DNA of 64,000 bases from Patescibacteria group bacterium (GCA_022709565.1 JAKLIO010000001.1:73927-137926), one strand, 5' to 3'. Numbered from the stretch's first letter, positions 1 to 9,554 are shown. Numbers and translations are program-made. Notes: generated from the sequence alone by a model not told the origin.

Positions 1-1786
1 ATTTCTTTCTATTCGCCCTGATTCTGTCCAATTCTGAAAGAAATTGTTTTCGAAGGCGCACGCTTTTCGGCGTCACTTCCAAAAACTCATCCTCATTCAT
101 AATTTCGAGTCCTCTTTCGATGGAAATTTCCCAATGTGGAGTCAGGCAGATTGCTTCATCAGCTCCAGATGAACGCATATTTGAAAGTTGTTTGCCCTTG
201 ATCGGATTGACCGACATATCTTCACCTTTAGCCACATTGCCAATAACCATGCCTTCATAAACCTCAGTTGCTGGTCCGATATAAAGCACGCCGCGCGTCT
301 GCAAATTGGCCAATGAAAATCCCAAGGCCTTTCCACCTATCATAGAAACCATTGATCCAACTTCTTTTCTTTTTATTTCTCCAACATATGGTTTAAATCC
401 AACCACGCGCGAAGAAAGAATACCAACCCCCCTGGTATCAACTACAAATTGTCCGCGATAACCCAAAAGACCGCGGGTTGGTGCTTCAAACAAAAGTCTA
501 GTTTGCGAACCATGCACTTGCATATCAGTCATAATACCTTTTCTTTTGCCCATATTTTCAATGACTGTTCCTGAAAGTTCGCTCGGCACATCCACCGTCA
601 CTTCTTCGAACGGTTCCGATTTAACACCGTCTATGTCTTTGATAATAACTTGCGGCTGGGAAACTTGAATTTCATATCCTTCCCTGCGCATATTTTCCAG
701 AAGGATTGCAACATGCAATTCTCCCCGTCCAAAAACCGTGCAATATTCTGCCGAAGATGAAAAATCTATTTTGAGTCCGACATTGACTTCCAGTTCTTTA
801 TGTAATCTTTCCAAAATTTGCTTGTTGGTTACAAATTTTCCTTCACGGCCGGCAAATGGAGAATCATTTACCATAAATCGCAAGGATATGGTCGGTTCAT
901 CAATCGTAATGGCTGGCAAAGATTCTTGTTTTTCGTTTTCACAAATTGTTTCCCCGATATCGATTTTCGGAAAACCCGCCACCATCACAATGTCACCGGC
1001 ATAAGCTTCCGGCACTTCATCTCGCGCTACGCCCTTGAAACTATAAAGTTTTGTCACGCGTGATTTTTCAATCGTGCCATCATTCTTTTTGAGAACATAA
1101 GTTGAACCAGCTTTAATTGTTCCTTCATGGATGCGTCCAATGGCCAAGCGTCCCAAAAAATTATCGTAGGCCAGATTGAAAGGTTGCATTCGAAGCTCAG
1201 CATCTTTGTCAGCTTTAGCTGGTTTTACTTTCAGCAAAATCATATCGAGCAAAGGTTCAATAGTTGTCGATTCATCAGCCATATGTTCTTTGGCAATTCC
1301 GGCGCGACCATTGGCATATATCGTTGTGAAATCAAGCTGCTCATCACTCGCACCCAGATCCATAAATAATTCGTACACCTGTTCCTGCGCCAAATCAGGA
1401 TTGGCGGCTGGTTTGTCAATTTTATTAATAACTACAATAGGTCTCAAGCCCAGTTCCAAAGATTTTTTCAGCACGAATCTGGTTTGTGGCATCGGTCCTT
1501 CTTGCGCATCCACCACTAAAAGCACGCTGTCAATTGATCGCAAAACCCGTTCTACTTCCGATCCAAAATCTGCGTGTCCGGGCGTGTCCACAATATTTAT
1601 TTTCGTTCCGCGATAAAAAACCGAAGTATTTTTGGAATAAATCGTTATGCCGCGTTCCTGTTCCAGCGCGTTGTTGTCCATGCTCACGCCTTCTTCGACC
1701 ATGCCGGTTTGGCGCATGATAACATCGGTCAAGGTAGTCTTGCCGTGATCCACATGAGCGATAATTGCTATATTTCGAATTTCCAT
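1..1786 (-). CDS. typA: Translational GTPase TypA/BipA. The gene starts at 1786 and continues past the window start, so the 3' end is missing here.
   Basis: The minus-strand reading frame begins MEIRNIAIIAHVDHGKTTL (the classic BipA N-terminus and G1 motif), continues ...DTPGHADF..., and has an EF-G-like domain order. It is open all the way to base 2 and ends ...RLRKQFLSELDRIRANRKK at the window edge. The ORF track did not list it because there is no stop codon inside the window. Confidence 0.9.
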   Translation of the reverse strand, partial: MEIRNIAIIAHVDHGKTTLTDVIMRQTGMVEEGVSMDNNALEQERGITIYSKNTSVFYRGTKINIVDTPGHADFGSEVERVLRSIDSVLLVVDAQEGPMPQTRFVLKKSLELGLRPIVVINKIDKPAANPDLAQEQVYELFMDLGASDEQLDFTTIYANGRAGIAKEHMADESTTIEPLLDMILLKVKPAKADKDAELRMQPFNLAYDNFLGRLAIGRIHEGTIKAGSTYVLKKNDGTIEKSRVTKLYSFKGVARDEVPEAYAGDIVMVAGFPKIDIGETICENEKQESLPAITIDEPTISLRFMVNDSPFAGREGKFVTNKQILERLHKELEVNVGLKIDFSSSAEYCTVFGRGELHVAILLENMRREGYEIQVSQPQVIIKDIDGVKSEPFEEVTVDVPSELSGTVIENMGKRKGIMTDMQVHGSQTRLLFEAPTRGLLGYRGQFVVDTRGVGILSSRVVGFKPYVGEIKRKEVGSMVSMIGGKALGFSLANLQTRGVLYIGPATEVYEGMVIGNVAKGEDMSVNPIKGKQLSNMRSSGADEAICLTPHWEISIERGLEIMNEDEFLEVTPKSVRLRKQFLSELDRIRANRKK

Positions 1787-1907
1787 GATGTTCTCTACGA
1801 ATTACGAATTTTTTACGAATATACGAATTGCAAACAAAACGCTGCCATTCAGGCAGCTAATGAGTTCCCTTAAACTTTATATAAATATAACAGAAATCGA
1901 AGAGAGT

Positions 1908-1953
1908 GTCAATAAAAATAAAACGGCGGGAAAATTAACTTCATTTTCCCGCC
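1908..1953 (-). terminator. Rho-independent terminator
   Basis: Perfect hairpin GGCGGGAAAA-ttaacttca-TTTTCCCGCC at 1925-1953. On the minus strand it is followed by GTTTTATTTTTATT. It lies 17 nt downstream of the 1970..2224 ORF. Confidence 0.6.
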
Positions 1954-1969
1954 ATATAAAGGCCTTTTT

Positions 1970-2224
1970 TTAATAAAACCATCTTTTGGCGGTATTTGAA
2001 TAAAACCATCTTTTAGTAACAACGCCCTGATCCATTGCTTGCCCCGCCGCTTTTTTTTGTGAAATCTGTTTTTCGGGCATAGGCACCCCAATACAGTCCA
2101 AACCTACGATTTTTTCAGCAAATTTGGAAGAACCATCTGCTGCTTTCTTGGTAGGTAAAACCTTTCTACAAAACCTTTGCCTACCGACCATCTCAAGATC
2201 ACTAAAGAAAGTATATTCGACCAT
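1970..2224 (-). CDS. Small hypothetical protein (84 aa)
   Basis: A strong Shine-Dalgarno sequence (AGAGGAGGGCGT, then ATG) precedes the start codon. The stop is 17 nt before the terminator hairpin. The C-terminus contains a duplicated KRWFY motif encoded by a direct nucleotide repeat (aaaaccatctttt, twice). Confidence 0.45.
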   Translation of the reverse strand: MVEYTFFSDLEMVGRQRFCRKVLPTKKAADGSSKFAEKIVGLDCIGVPMPEKQISQKKAAGQAMDQGVVTKRWFYSNTAKRWFY

Positions 2225-2318
2225 ACGCCCTCCTCTATTTTTAATATACTGTTTATTAATATCAAATTAAGACAATATAACACACCAACATATGCTAGTC
2301 AACACTAAAAACATTTTG

Positions 2319-2885
2319 CTATAAAATCTTTTCCAACAATTCATCTTTTCCCTTTTTCGTCTTTGAAGAGAAATAGATGATGTTTTCCGTATCCAATTTT
2401 TGAGTAATCTCCTTCTTTTTGCGGTCCAGTTCGCTTTTTTTGATTTTGTCCATCTTATTCGCCACCACGATCACATCATAGGCATTTTCTTGCAGCAGTT
2501 CTATCATCTCCAAATCGAATTTTGTCGGTCCGACATTGCCGTCAATGATCAGCACGACTTTCTGCGGACGGTTTTCATTCTGTTCCAAATACCACATAAT
2601 CATCTTGCGCATTTTTTCCGCGAATTTGAGTGACTGTTTAGAATAGCCATAGCCAGGCAAATCGACAAAATATAAATTTTCATTGATAAGAAAAAAATTG
2701 AGCTGCAGCGTCCGACCAGGAGTTGAACTCGAAATCGCCAAGTCTTTCATGCCGACCAGTGTGTTGATGACACTGGATTTGCCCACGTTCGAACGTCCGA
2801 CAAATGCGATTTGCGGAAAATTTTCTATCGGCAAACCTTCCCCGCCGATTGCCCCCTTCAAAAATTGTGCTGATTTGATTTCCAT
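2319..2885 (-). CDS. engB: Ribosome biogenesis GTP-binding protein EngB/YsxC/YihA
   Basis: G1 motif GRSNVGKSS, plus DLPGYG and NKMDK motifs. The 188 aa length fits the family. Confidence 0.85.
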   Translation of the reverse strand: MEIKSAQFLKGAIGGEGLPIENFPQIAFVGRSNVGKSSVINTLVGMKDLAISSSTPGRTLQLNFFLINENLYFVDLPGYGYSKQSLKFAEKMRKMIMWYLEQNENRPQKVVLIIDGNVGPTKFDLEMIELLQENAYDVIVVANKMDKIKKSELDRKKKEITQKLDTENIIYFSSKTKKGKDELLEKIL

Positions 2886-2924
2886 AATTTAAATTTTAAA
2901 AAATAATATTAATAGTTATTAATA

Positions 2925-5432
2925 TTAAAGATTAACTACGTCATTATTATCAAGTTTAAGAGTTCCATCATTATTGAGTTTTGAATTAACAAATTTATAT
3001 CTTTCAACACTTCCGGAAATCTTCAAGGCAACGCTTTTCCATTTTTCTGCCTCAGTTGCGTCATTATCATTTTCACACATTTCTACCATGGCAAATGCGT
3101 AAGCTGAAGATTTACTTCGCGTCTCATCGGTTACATATTTTGCGTTAAATATTTCATTTTCCAATTCGTCTTGACCTATTATTAATCCTTTATTATTTCC
3201 ATATTCTATAGAACCAAACAGCGGTCTGAAATTAGTTTGCATATCCAATCTATGATCAAAGTTTCGCCTAACTTTTTCGTTATTATCTAATTCCATTTCT
3301 TCTTCGACACTACTACCGTAAGCAGTTTTTCTTCGTTCATTACCATCCCTGTCTATTGATTTAGAAATAATATTCGTTTGTTCAGATGATTGCTGAAAAA
3401 TTTTTCCGCTAGGAAATTTTACTACATAAAGATGGCGCCTAATTTCAGTTTGGAAATTTGACAATTCACCTATACCAACAATATTATCGGCAACCGCTGG
3501 TGGTTCAACAATCGTCTCTACATAATCCCAATATTCAGTTATTACTTCTTTTGTTTCTACTTTTGCATCATCTGGTATTGGATCAAAGCCTACATATTCC
3601 TCCCCATTTACATAAGTATATTCGTTTTTTTCGGTCCAGTATTTTCCGAGTTGATTATTTTTATTGAAATATTCAGTTAGGCGCTTAGTCAATTGACCTT
3701 CTGTTTCTAACTCTTTTGCTAACATTTGTTCATGATCTGCATTTTTTTTAATTTCTTTATCTAAAATATAAGCGTTTTTTGTTTTAACTGTAGATTCAAG
3801 TTCAGCTGCCCAATCAAAGTGTGGTTTTAATTCGTAATTCTCAACATATTTATCAAATCTCTGCTTTTCATTGTCCTTCAATTCATCATCTTCCATAGTT
3901 GAAATAGACTTACGAATATCCTCGCGTGATACCTCTCGCGAATCAAATAAATATTCATCAACACTTACAGCATTTGATTCACTATCTTGTGATAATTTTT
4001 CGAGCTCCTCTCTCGGTATTTGATAAAATCGCCCCTTGCGTTCAAACAAAAGCGGATACCCAAATTGTTCATTTTCCTGCAGGAGCTTATTTAAACATTC
4101 TTTTTCAACTGGTTTATCAGTGGTAGCAAACAAAGCTCCTATCCTTGGCTCAGAAACAATAAATTCATTATAGCCACTTTGGGAATATTTTCTTTCTTCT
4201 GAGGAAAGCATTTTATTGATACCTTCTACCGTAGCAACTTCTCCCCACCCTTTTCTACTTTTGGGAGATGCGGATCTAGAATTTGCATCATCCGTTGATA
4301 TTTCCGTGCATTCACCATCTCGAAGAATAACTCCTATTGGCTGACCAGCATCTCTGCACCATGTACTGTCGAAATTGTGTGAATCTGCAAAGACAGAAGT
4401 AGAAATCGAAGGACTAAGCCCAGCAAGGGTGTTCAGCTGCTTAAGGGCTTCTTTGGATCTTTTTGAAAATGTATCACCGCTTGACACTTCAATGCCTGAG
4501 GTGCCAGTCTTATTGTTTGCATTTGAAAATCCAGTTAAAAAATGGACACATAAAGCTTTTTTGTCTTTAACTATTGAAGAGATAGAGTTAAAAGGCTTCT
4601 CCTTTTCTGATCTGCTATCGACACGTTCACTGTTGTTTTTATCGATTATACCTTTCAGTCTCTTCGCTTGATGATATGCGGGAATTGCATAATCATTTTC
4701 GTATTTTTCAGCCATTTCAACACTAGGTGTTCCCCTTTTTAATGTCTCAAAAAAATCACCTGCTCTTTTTTCAAAACCTTCAAGAACAACACCCTCTTGA
4801 ATTTCTTTTCTAGCAAAGTCAATGTCTCTTTCTTGTAACAAAGTATTCTCGTATTTTTCAAGGACTCCTGTTTTTCCAAGCTCGACAAAATCTGATTCAT
4901 GAAGCTGATATACAGGACCAATGGAACCATCCTTCATATATCCTATTCTATTCCCCTCTAAATCCCCCTGACTATTTTTTCTAATAGCATACCCGCTAAT
5001 CCTGTCTTCTGCATCTTTAGTTTTAATAATTATCGAACCTTCGAAATTATCATCTTTTGCAATTCCTACAATATTAGCTTTTTCAAAAACTTCTGATTGA
5101 TCTTTTACAGGAATTTTTTCTTTCGATTCATCTTTATTACTAATTCCCGCAACCAATTTATCTTTTGCTCCATCCGCTTCTTGATCTAATCCTTTCAGTT
5201 CTGTTTTATCATTTTCATCAATAGCCAAACCATCTTTTAAAGTTTTTTCAATGTTTACAATTCCTTCTTTCCCCGCGGCCTGAAAATCAGTCACTTCCTT
5301 TTGGGATTGAACTGTCATTTGCTCCGCCATTTTCCGTGCTAATTCTTCGGGAGATTCTTTAGTGGCAGAATCTTCTTTACTTCCCAGCGGCGCTTCAATT
5401 TCTTTTTCATTTTTTATTGTCTCATGGCTCAT
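2925..5432 (-). CDS. Large acidic hypothetical protein (835 aa). I recognise no domain.
   Basis: Long uninterrupted ORF, rich in Lys/Glu/Asp, with no signal peptide or transmembrane segment. Its start codon overlaps the stop of the upstream micro-ORF (ATGA overlap). Confidence 0.6.
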   Translation of the reverse strand: MSHETIKNEKEIEAPLGSKEDSATKESPEELARKMAEQMTVQSQKEVTDFQAAGKEGIVNIEKTLKDGLAIDENDKTELKGLDQEADGAKDKLVAGISNKDESKEKIPVKDQSEVFEKANIVGIAKDDNFEGSIIIKTKDAEDRISGYAIRKNSQGDLEGNRIGYMKDGSIGPVYQLHESDFVELGKTGVLEKYENTLLQERDIDFARKEIQEGVVLEGFEKRAGDFFETLKRGTPSVEMAEKYENDYAIPAYHQAKRLKGIIDKNNSERVDSRSEKEKPFNSISSIVKDKKALCVHFLTGFSNANNKTGTSGIEVSSGDTFSKRSKEALKQLNTLAGLSPSISTSVFADSHNFDSTWCRDAGQPIGVILRDGECTEISTDDANSRSASPKSRKGWGEVATVEGINKMLSSEERKYSQSGYNEFIVSEPRIGALFATTDKPVEKECLNKLLQENEQFGYPLLFERKGRFYQIPREELEKLSQDSESNAVSVDEYLFDSREVSREDIRKSISTMEDDELKDNEKQRFDKYVENYELKPHFDWAAELESTVKTKNAYILDKEIKKNADHEQMLAKELETEGQLTKRLTEYFNKNNQLGKYWTEKNEYTYVNGEEYVGFDPIPDDAKVETKEVITEYWDYVETIVEPPAVADNIVGIGELSNFQTEIRRHLYVVKFPSGKIFQQSSEQTNIISKSIDRDGNERRKTAYGSSVEEEMELDNNEKVRRNFDHRLDMQTNFRPLFGSIEYGNNKGLIIGQDELENEIFNAKYVTDETRSKSSAYAFAMVEMCENDNDATEAEKWKSVALKISGSVERYKFVNSKLNNDGTLKLDNNDVVNL

Positions 5433-5593
5433 TGGTTTTTTAATTTATCCCGCAACTTATCTATTTTCTGCTTATCTAATTTTTCAACAATGCTCGCCAA
5501 AATCTCCCGCTGTTCTTTTCTTAAAGAGGCCATTTTTGTTTCAAACTTTTCCCAAGCTTTCTTATATTTTTCTATTATTTCTGAATCTGGCAT
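5429..5593 (-). CDS. Small hypothetical coiled-coil protein (54 aa), translationally coupled to the 835 aa gene. It is below the ORF-track size cutoff.
   Basis: Encodes MPDSEIIEKYKKAWEKFETKMASLRKEQREILASIVEKLDKQKIDKLRDKLKNQ. Its TGA stop overlaps the ATG of the downstream gene (ccaATGAgccatgag). Confidence 0.45.
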   Translation of the reverse strand: MPDSEIIEKYKKAWEKFETKMASLRKEQREILASIVEKLDKQKIDKLRDKLKNQ

Positions 5594-5707
5594 ATTTTTA
5601 TTTCTTTAGCTCTTACGCTTTTAGCTTTAGTATATCGGTCATCAGGAAAAATATCAATAAAAAAACAACCCTATTTAGTCTGGATTGTTTTTAAGATTTT
5701 CAAATAA

Positions 5708-6214
5708 TTAATGTCTGGTTCCGGCGACTCCTGCCAGTCCAAGATTACTGCCACCTCTTTTAAAAAATTGCTGATTAAATTGGGACGTTGTCATAGCCGC
5801 ACCTGGCTGGCCAAGACGCGGCGGCGCAGACGGCGCACTTGAAGAAAGTCTGCCAGAGGCAGAAGGAAATTGTCCAGCAGGATTACCATTCGGCGTTCTC
5901 CTTTTAGCCATAATTTCCTGCATGACTTTATTCATATCAACTTTCGGTTTTGCATCACTAATTTTTCCTGCAATGCTAACATTACCCTTGCTAAATTCTT
6001 TCACAATATTTCTGGCCTTAAAATCACTAAGGCCAGATTTTTTAGCAGCTGCCATTAAATCTTCTCTCTTAACAAAGCTCTTTGAGCCAAGTTCTTTCAC
6101 TAGATTATTAACCACTTCTCTGCCCTTATATGCACCAACACCACCAACTCCTGCTAATTTACCAGACATGGCTTTTCTATTTATCGCTTCACTTCTTTTA
6201 ATTAAAATACCCAT
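5708..6214 (-). CDS. Hypothetical Lys-rich protein with a Gly/Pro/Ser-rich C-terminus. The start is uncertain: the ORF is open up to 6307.
   Basis: ORF-track frame 5708..6307. The first 31 codons read like AT-rich promoter sequence, so I prefer the internal start MGILIKRS at 6214. Confidence 0.45.
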   Translation of the reverse strand: MGILIKRSEAINRKAMSGKLAGVGGVGAYKGREVVNNLVKELGSKSFVKREDLMAAAKKSGLSDFKARNIVKEFSKGNVSIAGKISDAKPKVDMNKVMQEIMAKRRTPNGNPAGQFPSASGRLSSSAPSAPPRLGQPGAAMTTSQFNQQFFKRGGSNLGLAGVAGTRH

Positions 6215-6361
6215 AATTTTTTTATTGCTTTTTAAAAAGAAATTTTGGCTTAAATAAAGAAAAAACGGGGTTTCCACACCCGCCTTCACTTCGTTTCTGC
6301 GAGGCATAGCCCGCTTCTATTACACTACTCTTTAATTATAGCACAAAATTTTAATTTTGTC

Positions 6362-6389
6362 CAACAAAAAACCCCGACCTAAATCGGGG
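6362..6389 (-). terminator. Rho-independent terminator
   Basis: On the minus strand: CCCCGAtttagGTCGGGG followed by TTTTTTGTT, immediately downstream of the RRM gene stop. Confidence 0.7.
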
Positions 6390-6405
6390 TTTCTGTTGAT
6401 TCAGC

Positions 6406-6717
6406 TTAGTAGCTGTTTCTGTTGCCGTAACCGCCTTGTCCGTTGAAATCACGTCTTGGAGGACGAGCTTCCATTGGGCGAGCTTCGTTTACAGTCAAAG
6501 TACGTCCTTCGTACTCCTTTTTGTCAAGCAGTTCGATTGCTTTAGATGCTTCTTCATCAGAAGACATTTCAACAAATCCGAAACCTTTTGAACGACCGGT
6601 CATTTTATCCATGATGATCGTTGCTGAGGTAACGCTTCCAGCTTGAGCAAACAGGTCTCGTAGTGCATCTTCCGTAGTTGCATATGGAAGTCCACCAACA
6701 TAGAGCTTTGTTGCCAT
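6406..6717 (-). CDS. RNA-binding protein with a single RRM domain and a glycine-rich tail
   Basis: RNP-2 motif LYVGGL and RNP-1 motif KGFGFVEM. The C-terminus ends RDFNGQGGYGNRNSY. Confidence 0.9.
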   Translation of the reverse strand: MATKLYVGGLPYATTEDALRDLFAQAGSVTSATIIMDKMTGRSKGFGFVEMSSDEEASKAIELLDKKEYEGRTLTVNEARPMEARPPRRDFNGQGGYGNRNSY

Positions 6718-6985
6718 AGTTTTCGCTTTTTGTGAACTAATTACTTTGTAAGGCGACCTCTTCTCTTAATTTTTGCCACAAAGGCGAAACCAAGTAAGAC
6801 ACTTACAATTAGATTCAGTATACATTATTAGGAGCCAATTGTCAAGTTTACGCTGAAATAGGCAAAAATATTTGTTATTCTCTAATTTTTCTAAATTTTT
6901 AATTTTTAAGAAATTAAAATATTAGAATTTGATTAAACTTTGTTGCCACCATGCAAGCAAAGTGTCAGCTATTGAGGAAAAATAA

Positions 6986-7016
6986 AAGGGGCATGTTGCA
7001 AGTTGCAATCATGCTC
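6986..7016 (-). terminator. Probable terminator hairpin
   Basis: GGGGCATG-ttgcaagttgcaat-CATGCTCC, followed on the minus strand by TTTTTATTTTTCC. It is downstream of the 7042..7833 gene. Confidence 0.4.
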
Positions 7017-7041
7017 CTCTCAAAGAAGACCCTGCGTGAAT

Positions 7042-7833
7042 TTATTTGAATCTCATACACGTAAATTGGCAAATGCTGTAATCATTTCCGATAGGCGCCC
7101 CATATTCCCATTTTCCGCTCTTAAGCCTAATTTGACATTGAAGAACATTGTCACCATAGGCAGCGCAAACTTGGGCCTGGCTTTGTGGTAGGTTTTGTTC
7201 GTGGTCCTTTCCACTCAGTGCACAGAAACTCTCCGTTCCTAGTTGTGTGCCTGTCCCATTCCACTTAACCTGATACCAGGTACAATCAATATTTTGCCCT
7301 CCGCCTCCATGATCGCTTCCTGATGCCCGAAATGTGTAAAATTCCATCTGCGGTACGCTTGCCGCCACCGCTACCTGCACAGCTCTTACTGTGTCTTTAT
7401 ATGTTCCGACTGATTTTATACTCTGTATCTGATCTATCGTTGCGCTACAGCCAATCGGCGTGTTTCCCTCTTCATCGGAAAAAAAAGAAAGTTTGTAATC
7501 CGCACCAGCAAATATGCTTCCATCTGCAGAATTGGGATCTACGCAATTGGCGAACACGGAACCAATAGAAGTGCTAGAACTGTTGCCTGTTGATATTATT
7601 CTATTGATTTCTTTAATTGCCATCTGCACCCCGCTGTCGGCAGTTTGGTAGGCTTGGACCGATGCGTCTGTGGAAACAGCCCCTTTCTTTTCTATAACCG
7701 TGACAACTGAGATTGAAGTCGCAATAACAATCATGACCGAAACGACTATGAGAGAATAGGCCAAGATTGAAGCTTTCTTGTTTTTTAAAAAATAACTCTT
7801 GATGGATTTAATTTTGTTTTTCATTTTTGACAT
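7042..7833 (-). CDS. Membrane-anchored extracytoplasmic Cys-rich hypothetical protein
   Basis: Basic N-terminus, then one hydrophobic helix (ASILAYSLIVVSVMIVIATSI). The mature part has 8 Cys and is rich in Ser/Thr/Gly. There is no type IV pilin G-F-T-L-I-E motif, so I do not call it a pilin. Confidence 0.55.
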   Translation of the reverse strand: MSKMKNKIKSIKSYFLKNKKASILAYSLIVVSVMIVIATSISVVTVIEKKGAVSTDASVQAYQTADSGVQMAIKEINRIISTGNSSSTSIGSVFANCVDPNSADGSIFAGADYKLSFFSDEEGNTPIGCSATIDQIQSIKSVGTYKDTVRAVQVAVAASVPQMEFYTFRASGSDHGGGGQNIDCTWYQVKWNGTGTQLGTESFCALSGKDHEQNLPQSQAQVCAAYGDNVLQCQIRLKSGKWEYGAPIGNDYSICQFTCMRFK

Positions 7834-7882
7834 AGATTAATTTGTTATTTGGTTACGGTTGAATTATAGCACAAATTTATTA

Positions 7883-7912
7883 TAAAAAAAATAGGCTTCC
7901 CGGAAGGAGCCT
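7883..7912 (-). terminator. Rho-independent terminator. It belongs to a related hairpin family (see findings).
   Basis: AGGCTTCCcggaaGGAGCCT, with an A-run before it and a T-run after it. Downstream of rplY. Confidence 0.6.
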
Positions 7913-7935
7913 ACTTTTTTATTATTTCAAGTTTT

Positions 7936-8598
7936 TTACTTTTTCTCTTCTGTTTCCGGAGCCGGAGTTTCTTTGACTACGCCTTCGACTTTTGTCACAT
8001 CTTCCTCAACTTTCTGCTCGAGATTTTCCAATTCTTCCTGCGAACGCGGTTCCTGAACGGAAGCGATAATTGTTTCTCCGTCAATTAATATTTCAATCTT
8101 ATCGGAAACTATCAAATCTTTGACCGCAATCACGTCTTCAAAAGTTGCCAGTTTACTGATATCGATTTCATATTTTTCCGGCAAATCAGCTGGCAAACAT
8201 TTAACCGAAATTTCATCCAAGCTTTTAATCAAAACTCCTCCCAATTCTTTGACAGCTGGAGCTTCGCCCACGAATTCCAAAGGAATTTCAGTTTCAACTT
8301 CTTCTTTCATGTTAACTTGGAAAAAATCGATATGTGAAAATCGGCCGCTCATCGGCTCATGTTGCAGATCATGCACCAAAACATTAGCTTTTTTTCCTGC
8401 TACTTCCAGTTCAATCAGAGCGCTTTCCCCAGCTTTTTCATACACGCGGCTGAAATCCAAATAATTCACGGCCAAATTCTGCGGTTTGACATCATGGCCA
8501 TACATAATAGCCGGAATCAAATCTTCCTTGCGCAATTGATCCACTTTTTTACCCGTAATTTCGCGTATTTTGGCTTTCAAAACAATTGTTTTGTTCAT
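7936..8598 (-). CDS. rplY: 50S ribosomal protein L25 / general stress protein Ctc (bL25)
   Basis: MNKTIVLKAKIREITGKK...LIPAIMYG...NVLVHDLQHEP fits the L25/Ctc N-domain, and there is an acidic C-terminal extension. The ORF-track start at 8634 is probably 12 codons too long. Confidence 0.85.
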   Translation of the reverse strand: MNKTIVLKAKIREITGKKVDQLRKEDLIPAIMYGHDVKPQNLAVNYLDFSRVYEKAGESALIELEVAGKKANVLVHDLQHEPMSGRFSHIDFFQVNMKEEVETEIPLEFVGEAPAVKELGGVLIKSLDEISVKCLPADLPEKYEIDISKLATFEDVIAVKDLIVSDKIEILIDGETIIASVQEPRSQEELENLEQKVEEDVTKVEGVVKETPAPETEEKK

Positions 8599-8772
8599 AT
8601 ATTCATGGAACACGAAACATGGAACATATAGCATGAAATTGCCTTCTATTCTATGCTTTTTGAAATTTGTTCTAAGTTTTATGCTTTATGTTTTATGATT
8701 ATTGACTTTGGTTAGAATAGCATTATTAAACTAAAATGTAAAGAGCCTCTCGGAAGTTCACCGAAAGGCCCT

Positions 8773-9096
8773 TCAAAATGATGCGAGGATGCAGCGCAGA
8801 CCGTTTTTAATCTCATGGACATCGTCAAAAAGAATCCACTGTTTGCGCTTAATCTCTGAACGCGTGCTTTCAATTTCCAGCAGTATGCACTTTTCGCCAT
8901 CTTCATCGTCTACAAATGGCATCCCGTGCCCTTCTTTTTTGGCGAAATTAATGATTTCCGAAATTGCGTCATTAATCTCTTTTTCATCGCCAGTTGTTAA
9001 AATTTTTTTGATATTTTTGATATCAATTTCTTCCAGTTTAACAGCAGCCATAAACTGTTCTTCTTGATACTTTTGCTCCGCACTGACAATTTGCAT
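8773..9096 (-). CDS. Small hypothetical protein, paralogue A (107 aa)
   Basis: Strong Shine-Dalgarno AGAGGGGG upstream. Shares the motif ...KKEGHGMPFVDDEDGEK... with the neighbouring ORF (KKGKGEPFIDGGK). Followed by a hairpin at 8745-8769. Confidence 0.55.
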   Translation of the reverse strand: MQIVSAEQKYQEEQFMAAVKLEEIDIKNIKKILTTGDEKEINDAISEIINFAKKEGHGMPFVDDEDGEKCILLEIESTRSEIKRKQWILFDDVHEIKNGLRCILASF

Positions 9097-9278
9097 AGCT
9101 GCCCCCTCTCTTTTTTTATCGTTATTGTTAAATTTTCATAATATTATTAAGCCAAAGAACCGTATAAACCCTAGCATTTTATGGATAAATGTCAATGGAT
9201 ATCTGTATTTAATATAAAAAATAGGCTTCCGGAAAATTCCCGAAAGCCTCTGTTAAATTGCTGCGTATAGAACGCTAT

Positions 9279-9554
9279 CTATAAAATTCTATCTAGCGCC
9301 TTACGCAAATTTGCGACTGGAAGTGAATATTGTAAATTTTCACTGTCTCCAGTTTGGATAAAGATAATTTTACCGCCATCTATAAATGGCTCTCCCTTTC
9401 CTTTTTTGTGAGCCCATGCAACGATGTCCGCAATTGGTTTAGAGTCGCCATAATATATGGCTTCTCCGAGTTTCTCAATATCAGCATCGTCTAGTATAAC
9501 AACGCTGCTACCGCCCATTTTTTTAGTTTCCTCGTTTGCACGACCAATAACCAT
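9279..9554 (-). CDS. Small hypothetical protein, paralogue B (91 aa)
   Basis: Shine-Dalgarno GAAGGGGG upstream. Similar to 8773..9096. Followed by hairpin AGGCTTCCGGaaaattCCCGAAAGCCT at 9223-9249 with a T-run. Confidence 0.55.
   Translation of the reverse strand: MVIGRANEETKKMGGSSVVILDDADIEKLGEAIYYGDSKPIADIVAWAHKKGKGEPFIDGGKIIFIQTGDSENLQYSLPVANLRKALDRIL

Noticed and set aside
738-1719. Several plus-strand ORFs (88-146 aa) inside typA, and similar antisense ORFs inside dnaE, atpA, atpD, rpoD, dnaG and others.
   Set aside because: They are antisense to long, well-supported genes with clear homology. They are low-complexity, and most are artefacts of AT-rich or GC-skewed codon usage.
7042-7833. 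Possible type IV pilin or pseudopilin.
   Set aside because: The N-terminus lacks the G/FTLIE class III signal and the conserved Glu5. Only a generic signal-anchor helix is present.
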